From: a virus
Reading direction: 5' to 3' (one strand)
DNA length: 64,000 nucleotides
IMG/VR virus record: IMGVR_UViG_3300020204_000036
Coordinates: 1-64,000 of that record
In this document: piece after piece, positions 60,069 through 64,000 of the stretch
Position numbering within the stretch: the stretch's first letter is position 1
Layout: each line of letters starts with the position of its first letter
Program-made: the position numbers and the translations under genes
Notes under the pieces: generated by a model
What the model was told of the DNA's origin: nothing
Databases searched by the model: none
Seen by the model: only the letters and a program-made list of their open reading frames with translations

Positions 60069-60419
60069 ATGGAATATATAAAAAAATATTGGAAATGGGT
60101 TGTTGGTATTATTTTGTCGATACTTGTTTTATACCTTGTTGTTTATTTGGCAACTCCAAAACCACAAATGTCAGAATTAGACAAGTATAAAATAGACCAA
60201 CTTAATAAAAAAATTGAAGAATTAAAAAACCTTCAAAAAAGTTTGAACGACTCCCTTAATGTTTACCAACAAAAAATAGATAAAATTGATGACAAAATAT
60301 CGAACATTAAGATTGAAAAAAAAGAGGTAAATAATTATTACACACAAAAAAAAGAAGAAATAAAAACCGCAGATAAAAAACAAGTGGATAGTCTGTTGAG
60401 AAAAAGATATAATTTTTAA
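60069..60419 (+). CDS. N-terminal TM plus coiled coil (i-spanin-like)
   Basis: KKYWKWVVGIILSILVLYLVVYLA followed by a coiled coil. Confidence 0.5.
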   Translation: MEYIKKYWKWVVGIILSILVLYLVVYLATPKPQMSELDKYKIDQLNKKIEELKNLQKSLNDSLNVYQQKIDKIDDKISNIKIEKKEVNNYYTQKKEEIKTADKKQVDSLLRKRYNF

Positions 60420-60422
60420 ATT

Positions 60423-60839
60423 ATGAAAAAAATTGTTTTGTTTACATTAGTGATGTTAGTTAGTTTTTTTGGAATGACTCAAAAAATAAAACCAACTGAC
60501 ACATCAGAATTATGCATACCATATCATGTTGCACAAAAAATATTATTGGACCTTAATGATTACGACAGATTAAAAGAACTATCCAAGTTAGATAAAGAAG
60601 AAATAAAACAATTGAATAACAAAATTTATTTTTTAGATAAAAGTATTCTTGTTTGGAAAGAAAAAGATTCATTGAGTAATAAAATAGTTAATAATACGGA
60701 AGAAAAATTTAAAATAATTTCTGACCAAAATGATGAGTTGAGAAAAGAAGTTAAAAAATTAAAAGTTAGAAATACAATGACTCAAATAATTAGTGGGGTT
60801 CTTATAACAACATTAACGGTATTTAGTATTATGAAATAA
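60423..60839 (+). CDS. Secreted coiled-coil protein with C-terminal hydrophobic anchor (spanin-partner-like)
   Basis: Signal peptide MKKIVLFTLVMLVSFFGMT/Q, coiled coil, IISGVLITTLTVFSIMK. Confidence 0.5.
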   Translation: MKKIVLFTLVMLVSFFGMTQKIKPTDTSELCIPYHVAQKILLDLNDYDRLKELSKLDKEEIKQLNNKIYFLDKSILVWKEKDSLSNKIVNNTEEKFKIISDQNDELRKEVKKLKVRNTMTQIISGVLITTLTVFSIMK

Positions 60840-61090
60840 TGGCACTTTCTCAAACAGATAAGAAAGAAGTTGAAAGAATTATAAAAAAAGAAATACAAAA
60901 CTTTTTTAATTCAAACACATTGAAACAATTTGAAAATCAGATGGTTGAATTAATAAAAAAAGAAATACAAAAAGGAAAGTTAAGAGGAGACATTACTGAG
61001 TTTATTTCCAAAGCATTCACTGAATTTTACTTTGAACTTTATAGACAAAGAGCTAATTGGACCGGTACAATTAAAAATTTAAAATTATAA
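60839..61090 (+). CDS. Hypothetical protein
   Basis: 83 aa, TAATG coupling. Confidence 0.65.
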   Translation: MALSQTDKKEVERIIKKEIQNFFNSNTLKQFENQMVELIKKEIQKGKLRGDITEFISKAFTEFYFELYRQRANWTGTIKNLKL

Positions 61091-61092
61091 TT

Positions 61093-61662
61093 ATGAGAAA
61101 TATAAGTCCAGAAAAATTAATAGAAAACGCACTCAAAGAAATTTTACAAGAAAAATCGGCAACAATCAGTAGACCTATATTTAGTTTATTTTCAAAAGAC
61201 GAAAAGGCAAAAAAAGAATATAAAAGAATAAAAAAAGAACCAAAAGAAGGTATGGGTGCAAGCTCCGCAGGTAGTTTTTCACCGGCAATTAGTTTTAGTG
61301 AAGAAGAAGATGAGGGTCAAAAAATTGAAGCAACTGAAGCTACCGGGGCATCGTCTTCAGGTTCTTATGAGGGAGCCTCTTTTTTGGCTAAAAACCTTGA
61401 TAATTGGGGGCCATCAAAAAAAACACAACTACCTGGCGGTATGTTTGTAAAACCAAAAGAAAAATGTAAGACTTTTCCGTACTGTAACCAAGGGGATATC
61501 AATTCATTAGATTTTAGTAAAACAGGTGATTTTGGCTTTAAACTAACAAAAAAAACTCCAAAAAAGAAAAAATCGAAACTAAAAGAGGCCATTATAAATG
61601 TTTCATATAGAACTGGTTTAACTGAAGAAAAAATACTAAAAATCCTTATTGATAATATTTAA
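61093..61662 (+). CDS. Hypothetical, probable head-associated protein
   Basis: ALKEILQE, duplicated ExxGASSxGS(F/Y), CKTFPYCNQGD. Confidence 0.6.
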   Translation: MRNISPEKLIENALKEILQEKSATISRPIFSLFSKDEKAKKEYKRIKKEPKEGMGASSAGSFSPAISFSEEEDEGQKIEATEATGASSSGSYEGASFLAKNLDNWGPSKKTQLPGGMFVKPKEKCKTFPYCNQGDINSLDFSKTGDFGFKLTKKTPKKKKSKLKEAIINVSYRTGLTEEKILKILIDNI

Positions 61663-61694
61663 GGTTTTTTTCTTTAACACTAATATTTATTAAT

Positions 61695-63338
61695 ATGGAT
61701 GATTATATAAAAAACGTTACAAAACAAATAATATCTGAGGAATTAGATAAAAGGATTTTAAGTATAAAAAATAAAATATTTGAAAATAAAGACATGAAAA
61801 AACAAATGTGCTCAGAGTGCGGAAGTAAGATGTACGAAGGAGAATGTATAGAATGTGGAGATAAGTACGAAGGAAATATTCAAGAATTAGGAGGAATGGA
61901 TGACGGACATCCATTATTTGGTGATTTAAATTTTTCCAACATGAACCCCGAAAAAAGAAAAAAAATTAATAAGTACCTTGGTATGGAAGATGAATATTCT
62001 GATTTTGATGATGAAGATGATAAGTGGAACGCCCCATCACCTGACGAAGATAATAAAGACAAAGGTGGTTTGGATGAAACTTTCAAATACAAAGGAAGAA
62101 TAGGGAAACTTAAAACTAAAATGTATCCCAACAAGTTAAAACATGGGGTTACTGAAACAGGTGAGGATGAAATCTCAGATGGTTGGATGCATGAAGATGA
62201 CTACGAGGGTTTTACGGATGGTAGAAGAAAAATTGATAAAGCCAAACCATACGGAAAAATTACAGGTGCAGATTTTAAAGCTCTAAGCTCTATGAAAAAA
62301 GAAGTTGAAGAAACTTTATATGAATTAGATTTAGAAGAAGAAGATGTTGAAGAAGGTAACGCATTTTCAGGAGCATTATCATCGGCACGTGAAAGAGGTT
62401 ATAAAACTTTTAAGGTTGGTGGTAAAACATATCCTGTTGAAGAATCTTACATCACTGAAAAATGGAAAGGAGATGTTGAGGTAAAACAAACTGGTGAATA
62501 TGCCGACATGACTATTGAAGAAGTTGATTCAGCAATTAAAAAATTAAAGAAAAGAAACGCCGAACTCAAAAGATTGGGCAAAAAAGTACCGAGTTCAAGT
62601 AGAGAAAAAATGGGACAACTTTATTTTGCTAAAAGAGCAAAAAAAGATTGGCCAGGAAAAGGTAAAGCAAAAGTCGAGGAATCTAGATTAATTTTTACTG
62701 AAAGTGAAATCATTAACATAATTGAATCAATTGTTATGGAAGAAAAAAGAAAAAAATCAATAAAGGCCGATACATACTTAAAATCTTCACTTGAACAATC
62801 AAAAAAACAAGAAAAGGATTATATTGATAGTGTTGTTAAAAAAATGAAAGATTACCTTAAAACAGGTTCTAAAGGTAAATACGAAATGTCACCCAAAGGG
62901 TTTCCCAAAGGTAATGGAGAACTTGTTAAAATGGATAAAATGGCTTATGTCCCATCTAAGACTGTTGATGAGTATATAACAAACTATACCGCATTTTCTT
63001 TAGAGAATTTAGATTACGATACTTTCGAACCAAACGATGAGAGAGTTTCTAAGTACATTAAGGGGTCATCTGAAACAGGAAATAACCCTAAGTGGGCAAA
63101 TGCTGTTGAAACTCCTGTTAACGACATTAGAGATAAAGTACGTAAAAATAATTATTTAGCTAAACTCAAGAAAAAGGCTTATAACAAAGCACCGCAACCT
63201 GTGGTTTCAGATAAGAGCGGTTCTGAGTCGGGCGCTAATAAAATTATGATGAAATTAGAGTCAGTTAATGGTAGTGAAGTTATCACTGAAATGGAAAAAA
63301 TGAAAAGTTTAATTGGTTATAGTAGGAAAACACAATAA
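61695..63338 (+). CDS. Modular acidic head/internal protein
   Basis: CSECG..CIECG, acidic tracts, EEGNAFSGAL..FKVGGKTYPV, FTESEIINIIESIVMEE, EMEKMKSLIGY; TATTTAT at 61684. Confidence 0.6.
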   Translation: MDDYIKNVTKQIISEELDKRILSIKNKIFENKDMKKQMCSECGSKMYEGECIECGDKYEGNIQELGGMDDGHPLFGDLNFSNMNPEKRKKINKYLGMEDEYSDFDDEDDKWNAPSPDEDNKDKGGLDETFKYKGRIGKLKTKMYPNKLKHGVTETGEDEISDGWMHEDDYEGFTDGRRKIDKAKPYGKITGADFKALSSMKKEVEETLYELDLEEEDVEEGNAFSGALSSARERGYKTFKVGGKTYPVEESYITEKWKGDVEVKQTGEYADMTIEEVDSAIKKLKKRNAELKRLGKKVPSSSREKMGQLYFAKRAKKDWPGKGKAKVEESRLIFTESEIINIIESIVMEEKRKKSIKADTYLKSSLEQSKKQEKDYIDSVVKKMKDYLKTGSKGKYEMSPKGFPKGNGELVKMDKMAYVPSKTVDEYITNYTAFSLENLDYDTFEPNDERVSKYIKGSSETGNNPKWANAVETPVNDIRDKVRKNNYLAKLKKKAYNKAPQPVVSDKSGSESGANKIMMKLESVNGSEVITEMEKMKSLIGYSRKTQ

Positions 63339-63377
63339 TTAAATTCATTTTTATTAAACTTATGTTATATTTTTCCC

Positions 63378-63872
63378 ATGTCGTTATCTAATAACATGGG
63401 GAATTTTTTTGATTGGTTAGCCAAACCAATGGAAAAAGAAGACGTTGTTGCTTGGTATTTGGCAAATAATATCATACCAGAGTATACAGAACTATTCAGA
63501 GATTTTTGTTTTTCTTTTTATGGTTTAATTAAAATCACATATTTGGGTGATGACCATAACGAACCTACAGAAACCAAAATTGGAATGACAGAACAACAAA
63601 ATAAAGAACATTTCAATTGGTGTTTAAGCAAAACAGTAGAAAGTTTTAAAAAAGAAAATATTCAATTCAATTTAAGTGATAAAGACATTATTTTTTTCGA
63701 AAGTTTTTTCTTTGATACTTTTTATAACCAAAAAGATGAAAAAGTAAAAGAAACAATTGATAAATTTTTCAATCAAATGTTTGATTTAGACACACCTAAA
63801 AGTAAATCTGACATTGAAATTTTTACAGAAATATATAAGATGTTGGAAAGGTCTGTAAATCTTATAGACTAG
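63378..63872 (+). CDS. Hypothetical protein
   Basis: 164 aa, Phe-rich helical ORF. Confidence 0.7.
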   Translation: MSLSNNMGNFFDWLAKPMEKEDVVAWYLANNIIPEYTELFRDFCFSFYGLIKITYLGDDHNEPTETKIGMTEQQNKEHFNWCLSKTVESFKKENIQFNLSDKDIIFFESFFFDTFYNQKDEKVKETIDKFFNQMFDLDTPKSKSDIEIFTEIYKMLERSVNLID

Positions 63873-63933
63873 TGTTTACAATATTTAACCAGTGGTTAAA
63901 TTAGAAAATAAATAAATGAATAAAAACTTATGA

Positions 63934-64000
63934 ATGGAAACTTTAGAACAAATTAAAGCATTAGTTGAAGAACTATCAGTCGACACTACAAAATTTTACA
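63934..64000 (+). CDS. Histone H1-like Hc1 family protein (3' truncated)
   Basis: METLEQIKALVEELSVDTTKFY resembles the N-terminus of short Bacteroidota Hc1-like proteins; promoter-like TTTACA(63875)..TAAATTAG(63897) upstream; only 22 codons visible. Confidence 0.4.
   Translation, partial: METLEQIKALVEELSVDTTKFY

Noticed and set aside
293-62134. Short minus-strand ORFs in the track
   Set aside because: Nearly all lie antisense to long + strand genes and show no recognisable motifs
1-64000. Stop-codon reassignment as seen in some large phages
   Set aside because: Conserved genes are full length in the standard code, and TAG and TGA both end genes at sensible boundaries
1-64000. Eukaryotic virus or cellular origin suggested by the RNR type and GT60
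   Set aside because: gp25/gp6 baseplate, gp32, UvsX and a bacterial sigma factor identify a tailed bacteriophage

Overview
64 kb fragment of a large, AT-rich dsDNA myophage (T4-like core genes, jumbo-phage-like gene sizes). All credible genes are on the + strand and read in the standard code. Order: tube-initiator/LysM/hub baseplate genes; SSB, UvsX, 5'-3' exonuclease, helicase, class Ia RNR; gp25/gp6 baseplate and a long tail/adhesin module with SprB-repeat, PKD-like and YadA-like proteins; RuvC, primase, PD-(D/E)XK nuclease, SbcD/SbcC, an RpoD-like sigma factor; a putative lysis region; acidic head-type proteins. TTTG-N19/20-TAnnTTT(G) promoters, A-rich SD-less leaders, SprB repeats and the sigma type point to a Bacteroidota host (inference). 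Best candidate for a new system: a GT60-type polypeptide GlcNAc-transferase plus a second GT-A enzyme placed directly in front of a tail protein with long (Pro-Thr)n mucin-like tracts, suggesting phage-encoded mucin-type O-glycosylation of the virion. Second candidate: two unassigned structured RNAs, each ending in a terminator, that flank a putative endoribonuclease gene right after the sigma gene. All family calls come from motif recognition by eye, not from database searches.
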